Source: Verrucomicrobiota bacterium (lineage in GTDB: Bacteria; Verrucomicrobiota; Verrucomicrobiia; Limisphaerales; SXQI01). From it: a stretch of 64,000 nucleotides of DNA. Of the stretch, positions 1-10,667 are shown in pieces. The DNA is taken from contig JANRLX010000027.1 of assembly GCA_033762115.1 (NCBI GenBank), positions 31,291 to 95,290 on the forward strand, in the 5' to 3' direction. A program made the position numbers and the translations under genes. The notes below the pieces were generated by a model. It did no database searches. It was not told the DNA's origin and was given only the letters and a program-made list of their open reading frames with translations. Each line of letters opens with the position of its first letter. Positions within the stretch are counted from its first letter, which is position 1.

Positions 1-705
1 GGAAAGAAGATTGATGAACCGTTCGATGCTTCCCTGGCTGAGGCTTGCCGCGCTATTCCGAGAATGCAACGACTCGGAACGAAATTTGTGCGAATCATGA
101 GTTTCGCGGTGCGGGGTGAAGAGGATCAGATGGCGGAGGAGCGGTTTCGTCGATTGCGAGAGGTGACGAAAATGTTTTTGGATTCAGGCATCCAGCCTGT
201 TCATGAGAACTGCATGAATTATGGGGGGATGGGCTGGCCTTTTACCCTGGAATTATTGGAGAAAGTTCCGGGGCTGCGACTTGTTTTTGACACCGCGAAC
301 CCGGTTTTCAACGATGATCGAAGCAAACCGAAACCGTGGCGCAAACAGGACCCCTGGGAATTTTATATCAATGTCAAAGAACAGATTGCCCATGTGCATA
401 TCAAGGATGCGATCTGGAACCCGCAAAAGAACGATGCTGATTACACCATGCCGGGAAAGGGAGATGGAAAGGTGCGCGCCATCATCAAAGATCTGCTCGC
501 GAGCGGTTACAAAGGATTCCTTTCAATTGAACCGCACGTTGCGGTGGTGTTTCACGATGCTTCGGTGAAGGCGGATGCGAACCAGATGGAATCCTCCTTT
601 ATTGAGTATGGGCGGCAGTTAATGAGCCTGGTCGCGGATATTGAGATCGAACTCAACCTTCCCGCAGAGCTTCAACGGGCTCCACGGATTGCTGAAAGTT
701 GTTAA
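1..705 (+). CDS. Sugar phosphate isomerase/epimerase (xylose-isomerase-like TIM barrel), 5'-partial
   Basis: Frame is open from base 1 (GKKIDEPF...MQRLG). Metal-binding motifs HENC, VFDTAN, HVHIKD and SIEPH are present. Confidence 0.85.
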   Translation, partial: GKKIDEPFDASLAEACRAIPRMQRLGTKFVRIMSFAVRGEEDQMAEERFRRLREVTKMFLDSGIQPVHENCMNYGGMGWPFTLELLEKVPGLRLVFDTANPVFNDDRSKPKPWRKQDPWEFYINVKEQIAHVHIKDAIWNPQKNDADYTMPGKGDGKVRAIIKDLLASGYKGFLSIEPHVAVVFHDASVKADANQMESSFIEYGRQLMSLVADIEIELNLPAELQRAPRIAESC

Positions 706-2006
706 TCAAGGACGAGCTCGTGACCTTCCCGGGCGGCTTCGACGATGAGTTTGCTGCCGTGGCTTTCGGCAAGCTGGCGCGCGTGAGCAAGCATTTGCGC
801 CACCCTGGTATCGTCGTGATCGGGATCATGATGGAACAGGAAGAGGCGCTTCACCCCGGCACGAATGGCCAGTTCAACTGAATCATCGACACAACTATGG
901 CCCCAGCTGATATGATTCTCATATTCACTCAGGTCATATTGAGCGTCCATGATGGCGACATCCGCATTTCTCAGGAAATCAGCAAAGCGAGCGTCCTGTT
1001 CCTCCGCAAATTGCACCGCTTCTCCGGTGGCCTTGTTGCTGGTGCGGAGTCTGCGGTGGAGTTCGTTATCGGGCATGTAAACAACGGTCCCGCTGCTGGT
1101 GCGAAGACGGTAACCGGCGCAAACCCCGGGATGATTCATAAAGGTGGCCTGCACGTTGACCTTGCCAATGGCAAATTCGAGGTCCTTCAATTCATGAATG
1201 GCTAGGTTCCCCGGCATTTGCTGCATGCTGATGGGAAAATAGGGGCTCTCCATCTGACTTGCCAGAGTCGCTTCCAGTCCACGCCGCGCTCCTTCAAAAG
1301 AGAGAATCCGCACCTCATTTTTTGAATTATATGCCGGGCTGAAAAATGGAAATCCCTGGATATGGTCCCAATGAGTATGGGAGATCAGGATCGTAATCTT
1401 CACCGGGCGATTCCGAAACTCGGTCTGAATTTTACGACCGAGAGGCCGAATGCCTGAACCGGCATCGAGGATGATCAGTTCACCATCGGCTCGAAGTTCC
1501 ACGCAGGCAGTATTGCCGCCATAAAAAACCGTGTCCGGGCCCGGGGTGGGAATGGAGCCGCGAACACCCCAAAATTTCAGCCGGGTTGCTGAGTGAGGAT
1601 CCAGTGAGGGGCCCAGTAGATCCGTTTCCTTCGAACTTCCGCCGATGCTGGCTTTCTCGAGGATTTTGAAAAGTTCATCCGGTTTGATCGGTTTGGTGAT
1701 GTAGTCATCCGCACCGGCTTCAAATGCATTCAGGCGATCTGTTGCATAGGCACTGCCGGTGGTGACCACGATCCGGGTGTTGGGAAGATAATCACGCTGT
1801 GATTTGAGCGCCCGGCAAAACTGGAACCCGTTGCATCGCGGCATGAGCAGGTCGCACAGGACAACGTCCGGTTTTTTTTGCAGGGCAATATTCAGACCAG
1901 CTTCTCCATCCTCAGCCTGAAATACTTGCCAACCGTGACTTTCAAACAATTCCGTAAAGAGAGAACGGAATCCATGGTCATCGTCGATCAGGAGGACGGA
2001 TTTCAT
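702..2006 (-). CDS. Response-regulator receiver fused to an MBL-fold metallo-hydrolase (putative phosphodiesterase)
   Basis: N-terminal REC domain (IDDD, CDLLMP, T, KP). C-terminal WGVRGSIP, GGNTAC, HTHWDH, DAQY, WGHS, FHHDP. Start placed at ATG 2006 (MKSVLL). Confidence 0.88.
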   Translation of the reverse strand: MKSVLLIDDDHGFRSLFTELFESHGWQVFQAEDGEAGLNIALQKKPDVVLCDLLMPRCNGFQFCRALKSQRDYLPNTRIVVTTGSAYATDRLNAFEAGADDYITKPIKPDELFKILEKASIGGSSKETDLLGPSLDPHSATRLKFWGVRGSIPTPGPDTVFYGGNTACVELRADGELIILDAGSGIRPLGRKIQTEFRNRPVKITILISHTHWDHIQGFPFFSPAYNSKNEVRILSFEGARRGLEATLASQMESPYFPISMQQMPGNLAIHELKDLEFAIGKVNVQATFMNHPGVCAGYRLRTSSGTVVYMPDNELHRRLRTSNKATGEAVQFAEEQDARFADFLRNADVAIMDAQYDLSEYENHISWGHSCVDDSVELAIRAGVKRLFLFHHDPDHDDTRVAQMLAHARQLAESHGSKLIVEAAREGHELVLD

Positions 2007-2129
2007 TGGAACCCATCTCATAGAGGGGAGTGGGTCGGGTTGCAAGCGATTTGGTCATAAACCACAGAAAAGAGGGCGAAATCACCCCCTTTCTCCCGTT
2101 AAAACATGAATAAACAGGTGAAATGTTAT

Positions 2130-4439
2130 CTAAAAACGACCTTCGGTTGCCTTTTCCGGGACAATGGCTTTGCTTGTCTGACAAGGAATGGAACTTACCT
2201 GATCGACTCGGTTCAGGTTCCTGCCAAGCTCAATGGATGTGACAGTTTCAGGGCGTTTTGCCAGAAAATATTTATCCAATGCCTGTTCAAACGTTGGCAG
2301 CAATAATCCGCGCTCAGAGCCCAGCACCGAATAAATGGGGCGAGCGGCAGGAAGATGAAATTTGTGCAATGGGCGCGGCTCGATCAGGTGTGTCGGCAGG
2401 CCTGCACGGGTCGCGGCGAGGTAGGCCAGTTCCGCCCATGTGATCGCTCCCTGGTTGGCGAGGTGCCAGATTCCAGACTCGCCATCAATCAATAAATCCA
2501 GGGTTGTGTTTACGAGGTCCGGCACATAGGTCGGCGAAACAATGGCATCAACAGGCGCCTGGACGATTTCATTGGCACGCAGTTTATTCAGAGTCACGGT
2601 AATAAAATTGTGCTCATCCCAGGGCCCAAAAAATGCACTGGTCCTGATGAGCAATGCAGCCGGGAACAGCTGCAATGCCTGTCGTTCTCCCTCCGCCTTG
2701 GTTTCACCATAAATATTCAATGGAGAGACGGGGTCACTCTCCTTGTAAGGTGTGCGTTTCAAGCCGTCGAAGACCAGATCACTGGAGAATGTGACCAGCC
2801 TGATTCCATGGGCGGCGCAAATTTTTGCCAGTGTTGCGGGACCGGTTGTATTTTCTCTCCTGCAACGCTCCTGTTCTGCTTCAGCCTGGTCCACCCGCAC
2901 GTAACCTGCGGTGTTAACCACTGCCCAGGGTTTTAGGGTGCTGAGCATTGTTTCGACCGCTTCCGGAGAGGCAATGTCCAGTTCCTGCCGATTTAGCAGG
3001 CGGTATGGCAAACCGCGAATCTCACAGAGTCGGGCAAAGGCTTTTCCCAGGGTTCCGGTGGCCCCTGTGATGAGCAATGGTTGGGCAGTCTGGGTTGATT
3101 CAGGTGCAGAGGATAATGCTTCCATGGACTGGATCGGCATGACTGGAGGATAAAGTAAACGAATTTCTCTCCTCCACCAACCGGGGGAATGCAACACAGG
3201 ATGATCGAATGACTTTTTATCACCTAAAGCTGCGGCAGTTTGCGCGATTCCGGTTGGGCGAGGGGGAGAGCTGCGCAGGTCAAACGCACCCGGTTCATAT
3301 TCGCGATCAGTCCGGGTGAGAAGGCTTGCCCAATCATAGGCCCCGAGCATGGACCATACTGTGACTGCCCGAATATCTGCTCCTTCCACCTTCAATTTGC
3401 AACAACCCTGCCAAACCTCCTTCAACCAGCGCATTTGCTCTTCCCGAGTGCAGCCCAGATGCGCTTCGGTGATTGCCAGGGGCTTTTGGTATCGCTCCCA
3501 TACTTCCCGCAAGATGCCAGCGGCACCCGCAATACCCAGGGCCGAAACCCGAACCGCGGAGACATCGGCGTAAGATTCCCGTCCATTTCCTCCGTGATTC
3601 CGCTCCGGATAATATTGGAGGCGCTCATCCAAAAAACGCTCGCTGGTAACGTAATAATTAATTCCAAAAATATCAGGGGAGCAGGGGGACTCCTTGAACT
3701 GAAGAATTTCAGATGGTTCAAGGCCATTTTCGATCAGGTAGTTCCACATCCAATGCTGTTCATCAATACGCCCGCACAACAGATCAAAGCTCAACCAGCG
3801 GCGCTCATTGTCGAAACGAGCCTGGTAGGCCATATGCTCCGTGCTGTAGGTTTTGCCCATGTCTTCAGTTTGTACCAGCTGAGCGGCGGGGTTGATTGTG
3901 CGAATGGCAGCCATGGCAAGTTTGGTTGCCTGGCATTCGATCAATAAACTGCGCAAAAAACTTTTTGAATCAGCGCGATGCGGATACCAGTGACCGTAAA
4001 GACAGCTAAAGCGTGCGGTGGTTAATGGCTCGTTGACAGGGGTATAATATTTCACCCAGGGAAACTGCCGTGCGACCTTGGCTGCATACTCGGCCAGCAA
4101 TGGAGCAAATTGAGGGTCCAGGAGATTGGTGAATTCCGGTCCGCTCCCATGATGCACCAATCCGACAATGGGATCGATGCCAAGGTCACGAATACGTTCC
4201 AGCCGTTTTGTATCCCCAGAAAAATCTGGTTGTGCCTGAGGATGTCTTTCCCACAAAACAGGGTAACGAATCGCTTGAATTCCCAATTCAGCGATCCGGT
4301 CCAGGTCGGAAATTCTGGAATAATGGCCTGCAAGTTCCAATTGATCATTATAACGGTCACCCACTCTGTTAATGGTGCATTCAATCCCCCCCCACAACTC
4401 GAGTCCGTTTTCTTTCGCTGTTTTCAAATCCATTTCCAA
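2130..4439 (-). CDS. GH1-like glycoside hydrolase fused to an RmlD-like (dTDP-4-dehydrorhamnose reductase-type) SDR domain
   Basis: N-terminal half has VNEP (acid/base), GINYY and AITE (nucleophile). C-terminal half has GATGTLG, SSDLVFDG, YGETK and SPTYV. Confidence 0.85.
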   Translation of the reverse strand: MEMDLKTAKENGLELWGGIECTINRVGDRYNDQLELAGHYSRISDLDRIAELGIQAIRYPVLWERHPQAQPDFSGDTKRLERIRDLGIDPIVGLVHHGSGPEFTNLLDPQFAPLLAEYAAKVARQFPWVKYYTPVNEPLTTARFSCLYGHWYPHRADSKSFLRSLLIECQATKLAMAAIRTINPAAQLVQTEDMGKTYSTEHMAYQARFDNERRWLSFDLLCGRIDEQHWMWNYLIENGLEPSEILQFKESPCSPDIFGINYYVTSERFLDERLQYYPERNHGGNGRESYADVSAVRVSALGIAGAAGILREVWERYQKPLAITEAHLGCTREEQMRWLKEVWQGCCKLKVEGADIRAVTVWSMLGAYDWASLLTRTDREYEPGAFDLRSSPPRPTGIAQTAAALGDKKSFDHPVLHSPGWWRREIRLLYPPVMPIQSMEALSSAPESTQTAQPLLITGATGTLGKAFARLCEIRGLPYRLLNRQELDIASPEAVETMLSTLKPWAVVNTAGYVRVDQAEAEQERCRRENTTGPATLAKICAAHGIRLVTFSSDLVFDGLKRTPYKESDPVSPLNIYGETKAEGERQALQLFPAALLIRTSAFFGPWDEHNFITVTLNKLRANEIVQAPVDAIVSPTYVPDLVNTTLDLLIDGESGIWHLANQGAITWAELAYLAATRAGLPTHLIEPRPLHKFHLPAARPIYSVLGSERGLLLPTFEQALDKYFLAKRPETVTSIELGRNLNRVDQVSSIPCQTSKAIVPEKATEGRF

Positions 4440-4695
4440 CCTCCTCTGCTGATGCTATTGGGACGCATCAAACTGCACAAAATTTACGGGCAGAGCAGGC
4501 GGAAATCTGTACAGTCAATCCCCCAAACTTGATAAGGAGAGTGCCTGATGTGGATGATGGCATGATTTCTCTCATACTGTTTTAAGTGGGTTTTCACAAA
4601 AACTGTGCATCTTACGCAGTGTGCTCTCCCTGGCAGAGTCGTTTCCAACCATTCAAATTGCGCACCCTGAAATCTCTTCTTAATATGCAGATGTA

Positions 4696-7600
4696 ATGTT
4701 GAAGCGTGAATTGATGTTATGCACCCGAGCGGTGGGTGTGTTGTTGTTAACGGCACCCTGTTTTAATAAAGCCAGTGCGGCTGAACCTGGTAATTCGAGG
4801 CCTGATGCTCCGATGGTGGCTGAAGCTTCCGGGGAAGGGGAATTGGCCATCAAAGGACTTCAGCTTCCAAGCGGGTTCAAAGCGGAACTGATCGCAGCGG
4901 AACCGCATCTTGCGAACCCAGTTGCCTTTTACATCGATCATTCCGGCAAAATTTTTGTAGCGGAAACATTCCGCCACGGTGCAGGGGTGACGGATATTCG
5001 CGGTCACAATAATTGGCTGGATGAAGATTTGGCTTCGAGGACGGTGGATGATCGGCTGGCGATGTTGCGCCGACATGAAGGTTCCCACTTTCCAAATTAC
5101 AGCAAGCAATCTGATCGCATCAAACTGTTGGAGGACCGGGACGGTGACGGAAAAATCGATCATTCGACAGTATTTGCCGATGGGTTTTACGATCCGCTCT
5201 CAGGCATTGGGTCGGGAGTGCTCTCATGGAGAGGGGAAACATGGTATGCAAATATTCCTGATCTCTGGCTCTTAAAGGATAGTGATCAGAATGGGGTGGC
5301 TGAATTCAGAAAATCGTTGCATCACGGATTTGGTGTAAGGGTTGGCTTTTTGGGACATGACCTGCATGGGCTTCGCCTTGGACCGGACGGGAAGCTTTAT
5401 TTTAGCATCGGTGATCGCGGCACCAGCGTTGATGTTGGTCACGGGACTCGTGTCGGTGACCCGGACAGCGGCGCGGTTTACCGCTGCAATCGTGATGGAA
5501 GTGATCTGGAACTGTTCGCCTTTGGCTTGCGAAATCCGCAGGAAATCATTTTTGATCAGTACGGCAATCTTTTCACTGGAGACAATAATTCAGACGGTGG
5601 CGACCGCGCCCGTTGGGTTTACCTTGTTGAAGGGGGGGATAGTGGATGGCGGATTGGATATCAATTCATTGAATCGCCAAATGCTCGAGGACCCTGGAAC
5701 GCTGAAAAGCTGTGGCATCCGAAATGGGATGGGCAAGCTGCCTACCTTCTTCCGCCGATTGCAAATGTCAGCGATGGTCCCAGCGGTTTGACGTATTATC
5801 CAGGTACCGGACTTCCCGAGAAGTATGCCGGTCATTTTTTCCTGGTGGATTTTAAAGGCAGCAGGGGAAGCGGTATTCATTCATTCAAAGTTGAGCCTGC
5901 AGGGGCAACCTTCCGGCTGGCAAATCGGGAAAATTTTGTTTGGGAAGCGCTCCCGACCGATGTTGATTTTGGATTGGACGGCGGCGTTTACTTTACTGAT
6001 TGGGTGCAAGGCTGGGGTAAAACCGGGAAAGGGAGAGTCTATCGCGTCTACAACCCGGATACTGCTGCTGCGGCAATTGTCATAGAGACCAGGAAATTAC
6101 TGCAAAGTGATTTTCGCAAGAAGAGCATCGGCGATCTGTCCAGATTGTTGAATCATGCGGACATGCGTGTCCGTCAGGAAGCCCAGTTTGAACTGTCTTT
6201 CCGGGGCAGGAAAGGCTTGGAGGCGTTCATCAAGACTACGCAAAATGGATCGCAGCTTGCGAAAATTCATTCGCTATGGGGGCTGGGACAAATTGGACGG
6301 GAGCAGGCATCGTTGGTGATCAAGGCGCTGCTTGATGGAACGCGGGACAAGGATGCGGAAGTCCGTTCCCAGGCAGCGAAAGTCCTCGCTGATCTCAAGT
6401 TAAAAGGTGCGGAGGAAACATTCATTTCCTTATTAAAAGACCCGGAACCGCGTCCCCGATTTTTCGCAGCAATCGGCCTGGGCAAGCTTCGTTCCGAAAA
6501 AGCATTTGATGCAGTGGTCGAACTCCTGCGAGAGAATAACGACAAGGACGTTTACATCCGCCATGCGGCAGTCATGGCATTGACCGGCATTGGAAACACA
6601 GAAGCGCTCCTTGCCCGGGCAAAGGATGAATCTTCGGCTGTTCGCATGGGAATTCTTCTGGCATTGCGCCGTTTACAACGAGCGGAGGTGGGGGTGTTCC
6701 TGAAAGACAGCTCACCGTTGATCGTGACAGAAGCAGCCAGAGCGATCAATGACGTGCCAATCAGTGGTGCAATGCTTGATCTGGCTGGATTAACGAGCAA
6801 TCTCCGCAATTCAGAAGTGGCTCCTGAATTGGGAAGACGAATTGTAAACGCCAATTTGCGGGTGGGAATCCAGCAAACCGCCGAGCATTTGGGAAGCATC
6901 GCCGCAGACCCCGGTGTGCCGGAGGCATTTCGCGCAGAGGCATTGCGCGCGCTCGGAAATTGGGAGCAGCCTTCAGGGCGTGACAGGGTTACCGGCCTCT
7001 GGCGCCCGGTGGTGGGGCCGCGAAAACAGCAGGATGCGGTCAAGGCTATTGAACCGCGCCTTGCCACCATTCTGTCAACCGCGCCGGAATCAGTCCAACG
7101 TGCGGCGGCCAGGGCTATTGCCCAGCTTGGGATTAACTCCTCCGGAGGAGATCTCGCAAAGCTCGTGCAATCCAGCGGCAGTTCTGCGGTGGTCCGGGTG
7201 GAATCGCTGCGTGCGCTGGCTGAGTTGAATCATGATCAGCTGGCGGCGGCGCTGGATGCTGCCCAAAACGATAACAGTGAGGAAGTTCGGCGCGAGGCGA
7301 TCAAGCTTGGGGCAAACGCAAAGCCGACCGGGGCAATTGGCCAATTGGCATCAATTCTTGAAAGCGGTTCTGCTGGCGAAAAGCAAAGTGCTTTCGCCGC
7401 CCTGGCGAACATCGAAGGAAACAGCGCTGATGAGCTGCTCCTGAAATGGATGGAAAAATTGAAGAAAGGTGAGGTGCCGCAGGAGATCGTGCTGGATCTG
7501 ATCGAGGCGGTTGCAAAGCGAAGTTCCGCGATTGTGAAAAGCAAATTGCAGGAGTATGAGGCAACCCTCCCCGCTTCGGACGAATTGAAAGAGTTTCAAG

Positions 7601-8031
7601 CTTCACTCGTGGGGGGGAATGCTGCCGAAGGAAAAAAAATATTTCACGAACGGGCTGATGCAGCCTGCCTCCGCTGCCATAAAATCAACGGTGAAGGCGG
7701 TGAGGTGGGGCCGGAACTGACCGGGCTTGGCCAAAAACAAAACCGCCAATATATCCTGGAGGCGATTGTCTACCCAAACAAGCATATTGCCCCTGGATAT
7801 GAGAGCGTCATCGTCACGACCAAGAGCGGCATTGCCTACGCCGGCGTGATCAAAAGTGAAAATGACCAGGAACTCGTCTTGAATTCGCCTGAGGATGGAA
7901 TTGTCACTTTAAAGAAAACGGATGTCACAGGTCGTGAACGTGGCTTGTCCGGAATGCCGGAAGGATTGGGTTCGCTCCTGACCAAACAGGAATTGCGAAA
8001 CTTGATCGAATTTCTTGCCACCAGCAAATGA
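4696..8031 (+). CDS. PVC-type membrane-bound dehydrogenase-like protein (beta-propeller, HEAT repeats, C-terminal c-type heme)
   Basis: Signal peptide, GF..ELIAAEP..NPV, GLRNPQE, HEAT repeats, CLRCH followed by VGPELT and SGMPEG. Confidence 0.88.
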   Translation: MLKRELMLCTRAVGVLLLTAPCFNKASAAEPGNSRPDAPMVAEASGEGELAIKGLQLPSGFKAELIAAEPHLANPVAFYIDHSGKIFVAETFRHGAGVTDIRGHNNWLDEDLASRTVDDRLAMLRRHEGSHFPNYSKQSDRIKLLEDRDGDGKIDHSTVFADGFYDPLSGIGSGVLSWRGETWYANIPDLWLLKDSDQNGVAEFRKSLHHGFGVRVGFLGHDLHGLRLGPDGKLYFSIGDRGTSVDVGHGTRVGDPDSGAVYRCNRDGSDLELFAFGLRNPQEIIFDQYGNLFTGDNNSDGGDRARWVYLVEGGDSGWRIGYQFIESPNARGPWNAEKLWHPKWDGQAAYLLPPIANVSDGPSGLTYYPGTGLPEKYAGHFFLVDFKGSRGSGIHSFKVEPAGATFRLANRENFVWEALPTDVDFGLDGGVYFTDWVQGWGKTGKGRVYRVYNPDTAAAAIVIETRKLLQSDFRKKSIGDLSRLLNHADMRVRQEAQFELSFRGRKGLEAFIKTTQNGSQLAKIHSLWGLGQIGREQASLVIKALLDGTRDKDAEVRSQAAKVLADLKLKGAEETFISLLKDPEPRPRFFAAIGLGKLRSEKAFDAVVELLRENNDKDVYIRHAAVMALTGIGNTEALLARAKDESSAVRMGILLALRRLQRAEVGVFLKDSSPLIVTEAARAINDVPISGAMLDLAGLTSNLRNSEVAPELGRRIVNANLRVGIQQTAEHLGSIAADPGVPEAFRAEALRALGNWEQPSGRDRVTGLWRPVVGPRKQQDAVKAIEPRLATILSTAPESVQRAAARAIAQLGINSSGGDLAKLVQSSGSSAVVRVESLRALAELNHDQLAAALDAAQNDNSEEVRREAIKLGANAKPTGAIGQLASILESGSAGEKQSAFAALANIEGNSADELLLKWMEKLKKGEVPQEIVLDLIEAVAKRSSAIVKSKLQEYEATLPASDELKEFQASLVGGNAAEGKKIFHERADAACLRCHKINGEGGEVGPELTGLGQKQNRQYILEAIVYPNKHIAPGYESVIVTTKSGIAYAGVIKSENDQELVLNSPEDGIVTLKKTDVTGRERGLSGMPEGLGSLLTKQELRNLIEFLATSK

Positions 8032-8834
8032 GCGATCGTCGCTCAAGAAAACCGATTGCCTTGACCATCGCTGGTTCGGACAGCGGCGGTGGAGCAGGTA
8101 TCCAGGCGGACCTGAAAACATTCGCGGCTCTCGCGGTTCACGGAACCAGCGTCATCACCTGTTTGACCGCGCAGAATCCGAAGGAAGTCCTGGCAGTGGA
8201 GGCCGCCAGCGGTTCTATAATTCAGGGTCAGCTGAAAGCTCTCTTTGCCGAATTGCCACCTCTTGCGGTGAAAACCGGAATGCTCTACTCGGTGGAAATT
8301 ATCGAGGTGATTGCGAAATTTTTTTGGGAGCAAAAACGGCGGCAAATTCCTTTGATTATTGATCCAGTGATGGTCGCGACCAGCGGAGCGAAACTGCTTC
8401 AACCCGCCGCGATCCAGGCGTTTCGCGACACATTGTTGCCGAGGGCCGCACTGGTCACGCCAAACCTGGATGAAACTGAGATGCTCCTTGGCCGAAGCAT
8501 TGTCGATGTGGAAGGAATGCGGATTGCCGCGCGTGAATTACATGATCTGTTTGGCTGTGCTGCCTTGATCAAAGGGGGACATCTGAAAGGGATTCGGCAG
8601 GCAATCGATATTTTTTACGATGGCCGCGAGGAGTTGTTACTGGATTCCGTCCGGATCAAGGGAGTTTCCACTCATGGCACCGGCTGCACCTATTCGGCTG
8701 CGATCACTGGTTATATTGCGCTTGGATGCAAAATTCCATACGCAGTCCAGTTGGGAAAAGAGTTCATCACCCAGGCGATCGCGCAAAGTTACTTTGCGGG
8801 AAAGCACTCGGTGCTGGAACCGTTCTGGGAATAA
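8028..8834 (+). CDS. thiD: Hydroxymethylpyrimidine/phosphomethylpyrimidine kinase
   Basis: [46 protein letters not shown] overlap with the upstream gene. Confidence 0.95.
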   Translation: MSDRRSRKPIALTIAGSDSGGGAGIQADLKTFAALAVHGTSVITCLTAQNPKEVLAVEAASGSIIQGQLKALFAELPPLAVKTGMLYSVEIIEVIAKFFWEQKRRQIPLIIDPVMVATSGAKLLQPAAIQAFRDTLLPRAALVTPNLDETEMLLGRSIVDVEGMRIAARELHDLFGCAALIKGGHLKGIRQAIDIFYDGREELLLDSVRIKGVSTHGTGCTYSAAITGYIALGCKIPYAVQLGKEFITQAIAQSYFAGKHSVLEPFWE

Positions 8835-8837
8835 AAA

Positions 8838-10187
8838 TTAAACGGTGGCCGGATCTGGATGTGTCCATGGAGCGCGGTACGGGCGTGCCAGTCGCTTGTT
8901 GGCTTCTTCATCGCCCACCACACGGCCCTTTACAGGGTCCCATTCGAGCGTGCGGCCGAGTTCCAGCGCCAGGTTCGCCAAAATACAAGCGGTGCTGGAG
9001 ATGTAACCTTGCTCGATATCTGCGACCGGTTTGCTTCGTTTCTCGACCGCGGTGAGAAAATCCTTGATATGACGCCGCAGGGCAGGGGCAACGTGTTTCT
9101 CCAGATCTTTCTCGACTTTATCGATTGGATATTCTTCCAATTCCATTTTCACGTCTGCATGCACTGGCTGACCATTGTTGGGAATAAAGTCATACCCATT
9201 AACACTGACCTTTAATGTCCCTTTTTCTCCATAGAAAGTGGCGCCCCATGGGTATTTGGGATCAGCAGGAGCCCCGTAGCTGCGGTGCTGCCAGACCACT
9301 TGCAGGTCGCCATAATCGAAAACCGCCCCCTGGGTGTCGGTAATGTTTGCCTTGCTTTGTTTTTGTACAAGGATGCCACCGGTGGAACTGATCCGCTTTG
9401 GCCAGCCCAGTTCCATCATCCAGCGCACCATATCAAGCATGTGGATGCACATGTCCCCAAGAATGCCGTTTCCATATTCCATGAACGCCCGCCAGCCGCG
9501 AGGATGAACGATTTTATTGAAGGGTCTCATCGGTGCTGGTCCCGTCCACATTTCATAATCCAGGTAATCAGGCGGTTGGATGTCCGGAGGATTTTCGCCT
9601 GCACGCATATGGTAGTAACAGTAAATCTCCACATGCCCGATTTTCCCGAGAGCGCCTTCCCGAATAAAGCGGTCACGTGCTTCGATCAGGTGCGGTGTGC
9701 TGCGACGCTGGGTGTTTACCTGGACGACTTTGTTATATTTGCGGGCGGCGGCAAGCATCGCCTGTCCTTCAATCACATCCACCCCAACCGGCTTTTCCAC
9801 ATAAACATCGGCCCCTGATTTAACAGCTTCGATCATGGGCAAGGCATGCCAATGGTCAGGGGTGCCAATCATGACAATATCCAAATCCTTTTCCTTTAAC
9901 ATCTGGCGGTAATCGCCATAAGTGCGGGGACGTTTTTTTGACAATTGGCGGGCGGCGACCATGTCAGCGGCTTCGCTGAGCATGTTCTTATCCACATCAC
10001 ATAGGGAAACGACTTCAACAGGGGCGACTTGAAGCATGCGAAACAGATCCGCTTTCCCGTACCATCCGGTTCCGATCAGACCCACCCGTTTCGGTTTTTG
10101 GTCAAGAAGTTCTGCTGCGTATCCATTTTTAATTGCGGACATGGCAACGCCAGCCGCGCTGATTTGAAGAAATGTGCGCCGGTTCAT
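8838..10187 (-). CDS. Tat-exported Gfo/Idh/MocA family oxidoreductase
   Basis: MNRRTFL twin-arginine signal, GLIGTGWYG, TPDHWH, EKP, DMCIH. Confidence 0.92.
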   Translation of the reverse strand: MNRRTFLQISAAGVAMSAIKNGYAAELLDQKPKRVGLIGTGWYGKADLFRMLQVAPVEVVSLCDVDKNMLSEAADMVAARQLSKKRPRTYGDYRQMLKEKDLDIVMIGTPDHWHALPMIEAVKSGADVYVEKPVGVDVIEGQAMLAAARKYNKVVQVNTQRRSTPHLIEARDRFIREGALGKIGHVEIYCYYHMRAGENPPDIQPPDYLDYEMWTGPAPMRPFNKIVHPRGWRAFMEYGNGILGDMCIHMLDMVRWMMELGWPKRISSTGGILVQKQSKANITDTQGAVFDYGDLQVVWQHRSYGAPADPKYPWGATFYGEKGTLKVSVNGYDFIPNNGQPVHADVKMELEEYPIDKVEKDLEKHVAPALRRHIKDFLTAVEKRSKPVADIEQGYISSTACILANLALELGRTLEWDPVKGRVVGDEEANKRLARPYRAPWTHPDPATV

Positions 10188-10250
10188 GCCTGTTTGTAGG
10201 CGGAGTGGGCGGTTGTGGCAAGCTTGAGTAGGCAGCGAACTGATTTGCGG

Positions 10251-10544
10251 CTATTGCGAAAGGGAAATAACCTCCCTGCTCGACCGTTCGCGGTGATCAA
10301 TTTCCTCTTTAATTGCCTGCTGCCGTTTGGTTTTCGCCAATTCCTTCTCCAAATCGCTAACACGGCGAAAGAGCTTGGCGCGGTCCCATTCCAGGCCAGC
10401 AATCACGATGAACATCACACCAAGGACGAAGCTTCGATTACTGGCCATGTCCTGGCCGCTCATTCGCTCAACAATCCCACTGACAACGAGAAATCCAATT
10501 CCGAGAATAAGACAAATGATGGGACTGAGGTTGGCGGCTCTCAT
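10251..10544 (-). CDS. Small hypothetical membrane protein (two hydrophobic helices, charged coiled-coil-like tail)
   Basis: 97-aa ORF that fills the gap between same-strand genes. Two TM-like segments are followed by an E/K/R-rich tail. Confidence 0.6.
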   Translation of the reverse strand: MRAANLSPIICLILGIGFLVVSGIVERMSGQDMASNRSFVLGVMFIVIAGLEWDRAKLFRRVSDLEKELAKTKRQQAIKEEIDHRERSSREVISLSQ

Positions 10545-10622
10545 GCAATGTCCTGACAGGACATCTACTCATCGGATGGAATGCAGAAAAGCTTAAGGAA
10601 AATTTTTAAGAGTTTAAAATAA

Positions 10623-10653
10623 AAAACCCTCCTGCCGGGAGCAGGAGGGTTTT
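10623..10653 (-). terminator. Intrinsic terminator of the porin gene
   Basis: aaaaccctcctgc-cggga-gcaggagggtttt, a 13-bp perfect stem with a T-run on the minus strand, ~15 nt after the stop. Confidence 0.9.
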
Positions 10654-10667
10654 GAGATTCAAGTCGA

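Noticed and set aside
7900..8030. TPP riboswitch before thiD
   Set aside because: thiD overlaps the upstream CDS, so there is no leader or TPP motif.
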